Positions 55,558-63,972 of a stretch of 64,000 nucleotides of DNA are shown in pieces (position 1 is the stretch's first letter; the number at the start of each line of letters is the position of its first letter). The position numbers were made by a program, and so were the translations under genes. A model generated the notes under the pieces. The model saw only the letters and a program-made list of their open reading frames with translations. It was not told the origin of the DNA and made no database searches. The DNA is from Patescibacteria group bacterium (GTDB lineage Bacteria > Patescibacteriota > Patescibacteriia > UBA10025 > JAHIVO01), in the NCBI GenBank assembly GCA_041660605.1, contig JBAZWB010000001.1, forward strand, positions 265,295-329,294, in the 5' to 3' direction.

Positions 55558-57453
55558 ATGTGCGGAATCGTAGGCTATATCGGCACCCAGAGTGCCAAAC
55601 CAATTCTCATGGAAGGACTGAAAAGGCTGGAATATCGCGGCTATGATTCGGCTGGCATCGCGACTATCAGCGACTCCCTGCATCTCCAGAAAACCAAGGG
55701 CAAGATCAGCGTGCTGGAGCAGCTTTTGGAAAAAAATTTCATGCCCGGGTCGGTGGGCATCGCCCATACCCGCTGGGCCACCCATGGCGAACCTTCCAGC
55801 GTTAATGCCCATCCCCACGTGGATTGCCAGGAGACGATCGCAATCGCGCACAACGGCATTATTGAGAATTACCGCACCCTAAAGAAATTGCTGCAAAAAG
55901 AAGGGCATGTTTTCAGATCGGAAACCGATACTGAGGTCATCGCCCATTTGATAGAAAAATATCATAAAAAATTAAATCTGGAACTGGCAGTGCAAAAAGC
56001 CCTGAGCCAGCTGGAAGGCGCCTACGGGATCGTGGTGGTCAGCGGCAATGAGCCGGATAAATTGGTGGCCGCCCGCAAAGGCAGTCCGCTGGTCCTGGGC
56101 ATTAAAGACAAGGACTTTTTCATCGCTTCGGATACCTCGGCAATACTGCCTTTTACGCGCCAGGTAATTTATTTAAAAGACGGAGAAATGGTAACTTTAT
56201 CAAATGGCGATTTCCGGCTGACCACGCTGGATAACAAGGATGTTTTAAAAAATATTGAGCAGGTTGACTGGGACCTGGAAATGATCGAGAAAGGCGGGTT
56301 CCCGCATTTTATGCTGAAAGAAATATTCGAGCAGCCCGAGGCGATCGAAAATACCATGAGCGGGCGCGTAAAAAAAGGCGTGGCCGGCATTCATCTCGGC
56401 TGTATGAGCAACGGCCTGCCAAAGGCTCTGGAAAAAATTGATTCTATAAAAATATTAGCCTGCGGCACTTCCTGGCATACGGGACTGCTGGGAGCGTTTT
56501 TAATGGAAAAAATGCTGCGCCTGCCGGTCACCTGCGAGCAGGCTTCGGAATTCAGGTACCGCCATCCGGTCATCAAACCACAAACGCTGGCGATCGGCAT
56601 CTCGCAATCAGGAGAAACCGCGGATACCAAGGGAGCCATTGAGCTGACCCACGAATTAGGAGCGTATAATCTCGGCATCGTTAATGTGGTTGGCTCTTCC
56701 ATCGCCCGGCTGGTGGACAGCGGCATTTACACGCATGCGGGCCCGGAAATCGGCGTCGCCTCAACCAAAGCCTTCTCCTGCCAGGTGGTGGCGCTTTCCA
56801 TGCTTAATCTCGCGCTGGCGAACATTCTGGACGAACACCAGCCGCTGGAAGATAAAAAGAAGAGAATTCCGAAAAAAGATTATTTAAAAATAGTCAATGA
56901 GCTTTGCGCTTTGCCTGATAAAATCCGCAAGGTTTTAGGCAGCATTTACGATATGAAGAATGATACCGGCGTTATCAAGGATATTGCCAGAGAATTTAAA
57001 GATGAGAATAATTTTCTTTATCTTGGCCGGGGCTATAATTTTCCCATTGCCCTGGAGGGAGCTTTGAAGCTAAAAGAGATTTCCTATATCCACGCTGAGG
57101 GGTATTCGGCCGCGGAAATGAAACACGGGCCGATTGCCTTAATTGACCAGAATATGCCGGTGGTGATTATCGCGCCCCAGGACAGCGAGGATCCGGTCAG
57201 CTATGAAAAGATTGCTTCCAATGCCGAAGAAGTGCGGGCACGCGGCGGACGGATAATCGCCCTGGTCAGCGAAGGTGATCAGGTTATCTCGCAAATGGCT
57301 GAATGGGCCATCTTTATTCCGCACACTCTGGCGCATTTAGTGCCGGTACTGGCGGCGGTACCAATGCAGTTGTTAGCCTACGAAATTGCCGTGCTGCGGG
57401 GGCTGGATCCGGATAAACCGAGGAATCTGGCAAAATCGGTGACCGTTGAATGA
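55558..57453 (+). CDS. glmS: glutamine--fructose-6-phosphate aminotransferase
   Basis: 631-aa ORF with the N-terminal nucleophile start MCGIVGY and two SIS domains. Confidence 0.95.
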   Translation: MCGIVGYIGTQSAKPILMEGLKRLEYRGYDSAGIATISDSLHLQKTKGKISVLEQLLEKNFMPGSVGIAHTRWATHGEPSSVNAHPHVDCQETIAIAHNGIIENYRTLKKLLQKEGHVFRSETDTEVIAHLIEKYHKKLNLELAVQKALSQLEGAYGIVVVSGNEPDKLVAARKGSPLVLGIKDKDFFIASDTSAILPFTRQVIYLKDGEMVTLSNGDFRLTTLDNKDVLKNIEQVDWDLEMIEKGGFPHFMLKEIFEQPEAIENTMSGRVKKGVAGIHLGCMSNGLPKALEKIDSIKILACGTSWHTGLLGAFLMEKMLRLPVTCEQASEFRYRHPVIKPQTLAIGISQSGETADTKGAIELTHELGAYNLGIVNVVGSSIARLVDSGIYTHAGPEIGVASTKAFSCQVVALSMLNLALANILDEHQPLEDKKKRIPKKDYLKIVNELCALPDKIRKVLGSIYDMKNDTGVIKDIAREFKDENNFLYLGRGYNFPIALEGALKLKEISYIHAEGYSAAEMKHGPIALIDQNMPVVIIAPQDSEDPVSYEKIASNAEEVRARGGRIIALVSEGDQVISQMAEWAIFIPHTLAHLVPVLAAVPMQLLAYEIAVLRGLDPDKPRNLAKSVTVE

Positions 57454-57466
57454 TTATTTATTGGCA

Positions 57467-57495
57467 TTGACAAAATCATTGATTTGATATATGAT
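57467..57495 (+). promoter_or_regulatory. sigma70-like promoter TTGACA-N17-TATGAT
   Basis: -35 at 57467-57472 and -10 at 57490-57495. It drives the small ORF at 57580. Confidence 0.5.
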
Positions 57496-57579
57496 ACTAG
57501 GAATTTCATCTTGTAGTCGTTTTTTCGTAAACCTTTAACCAACAGAACCTTAATTCACTCTATCCACGGAGGGTAAGTA

Positions 57580-57786
57580 ATGGCACGATTCACGGCCGGG
57601 CAGGATGTACAATATCCTGCAAGCATAATTGCTGGCGAAGAAAAGCCACAGATGCGCAAAGGGAAAATTGAATTCGTCGGCGGTAACATGCTGAGTATCA
57701 TCGACGTAGAAACCGGCGTAAGCGCGCTTCGCTTTTTCGCCGTAGACGGGACTATCATTGTCCCTGTTATGAAGCCGAAAGAATAA
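57580..57786 (+). CDS. hypothetical small protein (68 aa)
   Basis: ATG is preceded by GGAGGG at a 7-nt spacing. The unit has its own promoter and terminator. No family recognized. Confidence 0.55.
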   Translation: MARFTAGQDVQYPASIIAGEEKPQMRKGKIEFVGGNMLSIIDVETGVSALRFFAVDGTIIVPVMKPKE

Positions 57787-57813
57787 GGGCTCTGAATAGG
57801 AATTTGTACATGA

Positions 57814-57848
57814 GCTGTCACTGGGTTTCCCGGAGACAGCTTTTTTTA
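57814..57848 (+). terminator. rho-independent terminator
   Basis: Stem gctgtc (57814-57819) pairs with gacagc (57835-57840); T7 run at 57841-57847. Confidence 0.65.
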
Positions 57849-57887
57849 TCCTCCTACATGCCTTTATAGTTAATTATGAAGGCTAAT

Positions 57888-57962
57888 TTGACATAATTTT
57901 TATCCGGTGATATGGTTATTCCAGCAAAACCTTCCCTAAATTTTCGGGAAGGGATTTTTTTT
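57888..57962 (+). promoter_or_regulatory. promoter (TTGACA-N17-TATGGT) immediately followed by terminator hairpin: mini transcription unit or attenuator
   Basis: -35 at 57888-57893 and -10 at 57911-57916. Stem ccttccc (57930-57936) pairs with gggaagg (57946-57952), followed by a T8 run. Confidence 0.4.
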
Positions 57963-58052
57963 ATGGGAAGATTAGGTGCTTAGCATATAGCATATGGCTT
58001 ATAGCAAATAGTTTAAGTTAAATGATAGTAAATTATTACTAATAAAACAACT

Positions 58053-58403
58053 ATGTTTAGATTTGAGACATTGGAAATTTGGAAAGAGGCGATAATTTTT
58101 GTGAATAAAATTTATCTCACTACTGAAAAAAACTTTCCGAAACATGAGTTATATGCTCTCACAAGCCAAGTGCGAAGAGCAGCGATATCTGTTTCTGCGA
58201 ATATCGCCGAAGGCTCGGCTAATGACAGTATAAGGGGTTTCAAATTATTTTTGAATTACAGCATCCGTTCTTTAGTGGAAGTAATTTCTGAGCTCTATAT
58301 TGCAAGAGATAGAGAGTATATAAATAATCAAGATTTTAACTCCCTATATTTAAATGCTGAAGTACTAGTTAAGAGGATAACTTGTTTTAAAAAAAGTTTA
58401 TAG
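58053..58403 (+). CDS. four-helix-bundle protein (23S rRNA intervening-sequence protein family)
   Basis: 116-aa ORF with N-terminal FETLEIWKEAIIFVNKIY and SANIAEGS. The family is recalled from memory as the four-helix-bundle proteins found within 23S rRNA intervening sequences. Confidence 0.8.
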   Translation: MFRFETLEIWKEAIIFVNKIYLTTEKNFPKHELYALTSQVRRAAISVSANIAEGSANDSIRGFKLFLNYSIRSLVEVISELYIARDREYINNQDFNSLYLNAEVLVKRITCFKKSL

Positions 58404-58434
58404 CCATATACTATAAGCTATTCGCTGTTGAGTT

Positions 58435-59940
58435 ATGAGAAAACTATCAAAATCAAAAATTTTCCTATACAGCAGCCTGGCTTTTATCTTTGGCGTGGCT
58501 ATTCGGTCGTTAATAAATATTCCTATGTGGCTGGCGCTGACGTTCGGGTCGGCAGGAATAATTATGCTAATTTGGCGGGTAAAAATTTTATGGAGAGTCT
58601 GCGCGATTTGTCTGCTGATGATTTCCTGCGGCATTTTCAGGTACCAGATGTCGATTCCGCATAATAATAATTCAAGCGTTCAGCATTTTAATAACCAAAA
58701 AGCCAGTTTTATTGCATTGATTACAACTGAGCCGGATACCAGGAAGGATCACGTGAAACTGGCCGTTGAAATAAAAAAAGGTTTAGATAATATTCCAGCA
58801 GCAGTGCAGGGTAAAGTGTTAATTAACGCAACATTATATCCGGAACACCATTATGGAGATTTGTTGCAGATTGATTGCCGGCTGCAGGCGCCGGAGCCGA
58901 TAAAAGACGAGGAATCAGGCAGGATTTTTAATTACGACAAATATCTAGCCCGCTATGACATTTATTCCATATGTTATCGGCCGGGCATCAAGCTTCTAGC
59001 TGCTGACCAGGGTAATATTCTTTTAGCCGCCCTTTTGTCAGTTAAAAATAAGTTTGTTCAATCTATCCAGCTATCCCTGCCAGAACCGCAGGCTTCTTTT
59101 CTCGGCGGGCTGGTCCTGGGCGCGAAGAGGGCGATTCCCGACGATTTGATGGAAAGTTTCGCTCGTACAGGCACTACGCATATCGTGGCTTTATCGGGCT
59201 ACAACATTACAATTATTGCTGTTTTAATTTCAAATCTGTGCAAGCACCTGTGGATTTCCAGAAAAAAAGCTTTTTGGGTGTCTGCGGCGGCTATCGCCTT
59301 TTTCGTTTTAATCACCGGCGCGCAGGCCTCAGTCGTCAGGGCGGGGATTATGGGCATGCTGGTTTTACTGGCTACCCAGATGGGGCGCCTGAGCCGGATC
59401 ACCAATGTGTTAATTTTGGCAGCAGTAATAATGTTACTGGTGAATCCGAAGGTCTTGGTTTTTGATGCCGGATTTCAATTGTCTTTTTTGGCGACCGTGG
59501 GGCTTGTTTATGTGTCGCCAATTGTTAAAAGATTTTTTAATTGGCTGCCGGACTTTTTCCAAATCAGGGAAAATTTGGTGGCCACCCTCTCTGCCACTTT
59601 AATGACATTGCCTTTGATAATTTTTCAGTTTGGACGCCTGTCTTTAGTGGCTCCGCTGGTGAATGTTTTAATCCTGCCGGCTATTCCTATTGCTATGGGC
59701 TTTGGTTTTGTCATGGGGTTACTGGCGCTGATCTGGCTGCCGTTGGGGCCGGTGTTCGGCTGGATAGTCTGGTCAATTTTGAGTTATATAATTTTTATAG
59801 TTAATAGTTTTGCCAAGTTAAACTTCGTGGCTTTTGAATTTGGCCAAGTCAGATGGCTCTGGCTGGCGCTAGGCTATGGGTTTTTAACATTAATATTATT
59901 CAAAGCCAGAAAATCAGAAGCCAGTATGATTAAAGTGTAA
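58435..59940 (+). CDS. comEC: ComEC/Rec2 DNA internalization channel (DUF4131 + competence domain; no beta-lactamase domain)
   Basis: 501-aa polytopic membrane protein with the competence-domain motifs (GTTHIVALSGYNITII, GFQLSFLAT). Confidence 0.8.
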   Translation: MRKLSKSKIFLYSSLAFIFGVAIRSLINIPMWLALTFGSAGIIMLIWRVKILWRVCAICLLMISCGIFRYQMSIPHNNNSSVQHFNNQKASFIALITTEPDTRKDHVKLAVEIKKGLDNIPAAVQGKVLINATLYPEHHYGDLLQIDCRLQAPEPIKDEESGRIFNYDKYLARYDIYSICYRPGIKLLAADQGNILLAALLSVKNKFVQSIQLSLPEPQASFLGGLVLGAKRAIPDDLMESFARTGTTHIVALSGYNITIIAVLISNLCKHLWISRKKAFWVSAAAIAFFVLITGAQASVVRAGIMGMLVLLATQMGRLSRITNVLILAAVIMLLVNPKVLVFDAGFQLSFLATVGLVYVSPIVKRFFNWLPDFFQIRENLVATLSATLMTLPLIIFQFGRLSLVAPLVNVLILPAIPIAMGFGFVMGLLALIWLPLGPVFGWIVWSILSYIIFIVNSFAKLNFVAFEFGQVRWLWLALGYGFLTLILFKARKSEASMIKV

Positions 59941-59948
59941 ATAATTTT

Positions 59949-60992
59949 ATGCCAAACAGATTCATTTCAAAAAAAATATTTATATGCTTATTTGGTTTGT
60001 TAACAGTTTGTTGTCTATTGTTTGCGCTGGTCTGGCAAAGCGAACAAAATAAAAATCTAAAGATAATATTTTTTGATATCGGCCAGGGAGACAGCATTTA
60101 CATCCGCACGCCCTCGCAGCAGGACATATTGATAGACGGCGGGTCGGATTCCGGAGTCCTGGCAAAACTGGGGCGGGCCATGCCGTTCTATGACCACACG
60201 ATTGACCTAATGGTATTGACGCACGCCCACGCGGATCACGTGGCCGGATTAGTTGAAGTGCTGAAACGTTATAAGGTGCGGAAGGTTTTATACAGCGGAG
60301 TGGAGGATTCAGCGCCGGAATTTCTGGAATGGGAGCGGTTGATAAATGAAAAAGGCGTTGAAATGACCATTGCCAAGGCTGGCCAGGAATTTATTTTTGA
60401 TCAAGCGGGCATGAAAGTTTTATATCCAACTGAAGATTTAAGGCAGAATAAATTTGACGACTTAAACGAGACTTCAATAGTTACACAGCTGGTTTACCAG
60501 AACACCTCGTTTTTATTCACCGGCGACGCGCCGGTAAAAGTAGAAAAGGGTTTGTTGGAATTCTATCAGCAGCTCGGGTCAGGAGTTTTAAATATCGCTG
60601 AAGCGAGCCCGCCCGCCTTGCTCACGCCTGCATCGACTTCGTCGATACGAAGTCGGGCAGGTCGCAACGCGAAGCGGGCGGGGGCTTCAGCGTACCCTTT
60701 GGAAGGGGCTCCAGCAAACCCGCTAAAGAGTGATGTTCTGAAAGTCGGGCACCATGGGAGTAAATATTCCTCTTCGCTGGAATTTCTCCAAGCTGTTGAC
60801 CCGCAGTACGCGGTGATTCAGGTGGGAAAGGATAATAAATTCGGGCATCCGCATGAGCAGGTCGTTAAAAGATTAAATGGATTGGGCTTTAATGTTTTAA
60901 GAAATGATCTTGAAGGAGACATTACCATGGAGTCCGATGGCGATAATATTCTATTGACAGATAAGAATGATAGTGTTAATATCATCAGATAA
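59949..60992 (+). CDS. MBL-fold metallo-hydrolase (ComEC C-terminal-domain-like) with a ~40-aa in-frame insertion
   Basis: 347-aa ORF with HAHADH and a downstream HHGS. The insertion VLNIAEASPPALLTPASTSSIRSRAGRNAKRAGASAYPLEGAPANPL sits between QQLGSG and KSDVLKVGHHG. Confidence 0.8.
   Translation: MPNRFISKKIFICLFGLLTVCCLLFALVWQSEQNKNLKIIFFDIGQGDSIYIRTPSQQDILIDGGSDSGVLAKLGRAMPFYDHTIDLMVLTHAHADHVAGLVEVLKRYKVRKVLYSGVEDSAPEFLEWERLINEKGVEMTIAKAGQEFIFDQAGMKVLYPTEDLRQNKFDDLNETSIVTQLVYQNTSFLFTGDAPVKVEKGLLEFYQQLGSGVLNIAEASPPALLTPASTSSIRSRAGRNAKRAGASAYPLEGAPANPLKSDVLKVGHHGSKYSSSLEFLQAVDPQYAVIQVGKDNKFGHPHEQVVKRLNGLGFNVLRNDLEGDITMESDGDNILLTDKNDSVNIIR
60596..60715 (+). repeat. GC-rich nested-palindrome insertion inside the MBL hydrolase coding sequence (in frame)
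   Basis: gcccgcccgc pairs with gcgggcgggg as outer arms; cgacttcg-tcgata-cgaagtcg forms the inner hairpin. About 65% GC within a ~45% GC gene. Confidence 0.5.
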
Positions 60993-61038
60993 TTTTGTAC
61001 GTTGATTTATTAACTTTCTCCACAAAGAAGGAGGGGAG

Positions 61039-62106
61039 ATGACAGAACAAAGACAAGCTGATTCCATTGAAACACCAGGAGAACCGGATCCGCCAGAGAC
61101 ACCAATCACCACCGAAGGCAAGTCAGACTGGCTGTCGAACTTTTTTGGCAGCACTGTCAATGAATTGCCTATTGTTTTGAGGGTGATAATGTTCGGTGCC
61201 TGGATATTCATTATGGCAATTATCCTGCCCAAGGCGCCTATCGCGTCGCTAATTATTCTGGGCGTGGTCTGGCTGCTTTTTGGCTTCAGGAAGATTCCCT
61301 GGGGGCACCGCGCTTTGATAACGATATTTGACCGCCGTCTGCCATTTGCTCTGGAAGAGGGGTGGAAGCCGGTTATACCGTTTATCTGCGGATTGATTGA
61401 AGTTGACATCCGTGAAAGGGAAGTCAAGACAATCATTACACATTCGTCTCATGACGGACTGCCAATCATTGCTCAAGTCACGTTCTACTGGTACCCGCCG
61501 CGCCAGGAAGATGAGGAGCCTGGGCTTCTGTCCGGGCGTAGACTGCTGTCTTTTACTCAGTTGGAGAGCAAAGTTATTGAGGAAAAATTGCTTTCCAATG
61601 TCGCCGCTGCTATTGAGAGCGAAACGGTTCTCTATACGCATGACCAGTTGATTGGCATACATATTGTCAATATTCTGGCCGAGGCGAGCGATGGGAAAAC
61701 TGTAACGCAAACTGATAATCCAGCATCAGGCAAGATTGTCGCCGTGCGGTTCGAAATTGCGAAAACAGTCGCGGCATACGTTCAGGGTATTGTTCCCGAG
61801 GTGACACTGAGGCAGGTCGTTATTAATCGGATTGACTTCGATGAAACGACGCAGGCTGCTCTAGCTCTGGCTCTTGGAGCGATCATTGAGAAAACGAAAG
61901 ATCGCATTGACGTAGAAAAAGATATTCTGCGCGCCAAGCTGTATATGACAGAAGTAAATGCGGACAGGCCGGAGGGTCAGAAAATGACGCTCGACCAGGC
62001 TTACCGCGAAATCAGAACACTTGATAACGCGGAGTATGCCTCAAAGCTGGGCTTAGGTCCGCAGATATTGCAGATGATTACCTCTAAGTTTACCACGACA
62101 GGCTAA
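61039..62106 (+). CDS. SPFH/band-7 (stomatin/HflC-like) domain protein, membrane-anchored
   Basis: 355-aa ORF with the strong RBS AAGGAGGGGAG. It has an N-terminal TM helix (VLRVIMFGAWIFIMAIIL) and an SPFH-like core followed by coiled-coil. Confidence 0.7.
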   Translation: MTEQRQADSIETPGEPDPPETPITTEGKSDWLSNFFGSTVNELPIVLRVIMFGAWIFIMAIILPKAPIASLIILGVVWLLFGFRKIPWGHRALITIFDRRLPFALEEGWKPVIPFICGLIEVDIREREVKTIITHSSHDGLPIIAQVTFYWYPPRQEDEEPGLLSGRRLLSFTQLESKVIEEKLLSNVAAAIESETVLYTHDQLIGIHIVNILAEASDGKTVTQTDNPASGKIVAVRFEIAKTVAAYVQGIVPEVTLRQVVINRIDFDETTQAALALALGAIIEKTKDRIDVEKDILRAKLYMTEVNADRPEGQKMTLDQAYREIRTLDNAEYASKLGLGPQILQMITSKFTTTG

Positions 62107-62120
62107 AGAAAGGATTCTGA

Positions 62121-62351
62121 ATGAATAGTGACATGCAATCCCGGCCTCAGCAGGGTATGCAGAGATTCTATACTGGATTGGCCGTAGTTTTCTGGATGAT
62201 ATTCATTGCCGTACTTCTGGCATTCGTGGTCGGCTGGATGCAAATCAGCGTCCGATTCTGGGTGGGGATTATCTGCTCTTTTGCCCTGGCTGTGGTTTTC
62301 ACGATCATACTCGCACGATGCAGAAGCAAGGCCAAGGATAGTACAGTTTAA
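62121..62351 (+). CDS. small two-TM membrane protein (possible SPFH partner)
   Basis: 76-aa ORF with two hydrophobic helices, immediately downstream of the SPFH gene. Confidence 0.45.
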   Translation: MNSDMQSRPQQGMQRFYTGLAVVFWMIFIAVLLAFVVGWMQISVRFWVGIICSFALAVVFTIILARCRSKAKDSTV

Positions 62352-62376
62352 TTGCCATTCTTACTAAAGATTGGCA

Positions 62377-62410
62377 GGGCACCGCTTGAAAAAGTAGGTG
62401 CCTTTTTTTA
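62377..62410 (+). terminator. rho-independent terminator
   Basis: Stem gggcacc (62378-62384) pairs with ggtgcc (62397-62402); T8 run at 62403-62410. Confidence 0.65.
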
Positions 62411-62425
62411 TACACAGGAATGCTC

Positions 62426-62454
62426 TTGACAAACTCTATGATATGTTGTAGTAT
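62426..62454 (+). promoter_or_regulatory. sigma70-like promoter TTGACA-N17-TAGTAT
   Basis: -35 at 62426-62431 and -10 at 62449-62454. A second TTGACA lies near 62515. Confidence 0.45.
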
Positions 62455-62688
62455 GGAGGGTCATGATAAATTACCCACAATGTAATTTATTATGAACTGA
62501 GATCAGTAATGGTCTTTGACAATTTGTAAACAGTTTAAGGCAACCATAAACTAAACTCACCTCTAAATTAGAGGGTGAACAGAAAGGATGGTACAGTATG
62601 TACCACAAAGCTGTGATGCGGTGTTTGAGGACACCCAGAACAAAACCTCAGGAAACAATAACCACTCTTTATAGAGGAGGTGAGTTAG

Positions 62689-63972
62689 ATGGCTAAAGAA
62701 GACAAACATCAAGTGCAGACATCCGACGCGCCCGTAACAGCTGAACACGATCAAAAGGTTAATGTCGAGAAGGTTATGGGTCGGGGAACTGACGTGATGA
62801 TTCGATACTTCCTTGGGAGGTTATCGACATTCGCAAAGAAAAGCGGGGCTATCAATTGGCTCAGACAAAAGGGTTTTGATCCAGGTAAAATGCCGATGGG
62901 CTTCGAAATGTTGAGGGGACTGAGTGCAGCAATGCGTGAGTTTACCGACGACATCAAGAACAAGCAGTGGAAAGCAACAGCCAACACACTTGTTGAAGAG
63001 CTTTCCCAAATCCTCGAATTACTTGCGATGGATGATGGGAAGACTCCGACCACTGGAGCAACCGTTGTTCCAGCTACCGCAGTTGAGCCAAGTAAGAAAT
63101 CAGGCTTCGACAACTACATGTATTTCCTGATGCAGCTGCCGCCGGATTCGCTCAAAGCGTTTCTTGAAGCCATTGACGGATTTGATCGTGAGGCAGTTAC
63201 GCTTCGCGAGAAGATTGGCTTGATGACTCCCAAACAAATGGAGATTATCGTCAAAAAACTCGGTAGTTCGGTTGATCCTAAGTATTGGACAGACCTGGTC
63301 AAAACCGTGCAGCAATCGTATCTGCAGGACCGGATCAAGCAGGACGAGACGGGTGTTGAGCAGTCGATACTCGCTCTTGAGCCGGAAGATCAGAAGAAGG
63401 CCATTAATTTCCTCCAGGCCTGTATGCATGAGTCACGGGCATATTTTGACCATGCGCTTACCAGGCTGAAGAGCTATACGGTCGCTGAGTGGCATCAGTT
63501 TCTCGAGCTGTCAACAGACAATGATCGGGCAACGCTACTCGGTATCAAGCTCGACGGCGATAAGATCAGCAACTCCGTCGCTGAACTGGAGAAGTTTCGT
63601 CTCTGGTTCAGTGGCTGTTGGCACCATCTGGCTGAGGTTTTGGCAACGCTCAAATCAAATGAGATACCCCATGTCCAGGAAGCCATTAGCCTTCTGGATA
63701 AGAAAGATCGGGAGTATCAGGATCGGATCGCGCGAGCCAGTTTTCAGATCATGTGGCTCAAGCGGATCGGCATCCCGATTGCTGTCGTTTTGCTTTTCAT
63801 CTCGACTACTGTCCCGACAATGGGCCGGATTGGGTGGATTGCGACCATCGGTTTCGGCTTGATCGCACTAGTGATCACCATCATCGTGGCGGGAATGCGG
63901 TGGAGCACTAACTACGTTTCACCCGCGCAAGTTCAAGAACAAGATGTTAAGAGGAGTGAAGGTAATGTTTAA
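62689..63972 (+). CDS. hypothetical protein with two C-terminal TM helices
   Basis: 427-aa ORF with the strong RBS AGAGGAGGTGAG 5 nt upstream. It is mostly helical and hydrophilic. The C-terminus reads IGIPIAVVLLFISTTVPTMGRIGWIATIGFGLIALVITIIVAG. No family recognized. Confidence 0.65.
   Translation: MAKEDKHQVQTSDAPVTAEHDQKVNVEKVMGRGTDVMIRYFLGRLSTFAKKSGAINWLRQKGFDPGKMPMGFEMLRGLSAAMREFTDDIKNKQWKATANTLVEELSQILELLAMDDGKTPTTGATVVPATAVEPSKKSGFDNYMYFLMQLPPDSLKAFLEAIDGFDREAVTLREKIGLMTPKQMEIIVKKLGSSVDPKYWTDLVKTVQQSYLQDRIKQDETGVEQSILALEPEDQKKAINFLQACMHESRAYFDHALTRLKSYTVAEWHQFLELSTDNDRATLLGIKLDGDKISNSVAELEKFRLWFSGCWHHLAEVLATLKSNEIPHVQEAISLLDKKDREYQDRIARASFQIMWLKRIGIPIAVVLLFISTTVPTMGRIGWIATIGFGLIALVITIIVAGMRWSTNYVSPAQVQEQDVKRSEGNV

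Noticed and set aside
57970-58052. Clean inverted-repeat stem flanking the four-helix-bundle gene (IVS-like excision stem)
   Set aside because: The matching 8-bp blocks on the two flanks are in swapped order. They cannot form one continuous helix, so the flanks are only described as related palindromic motifs.
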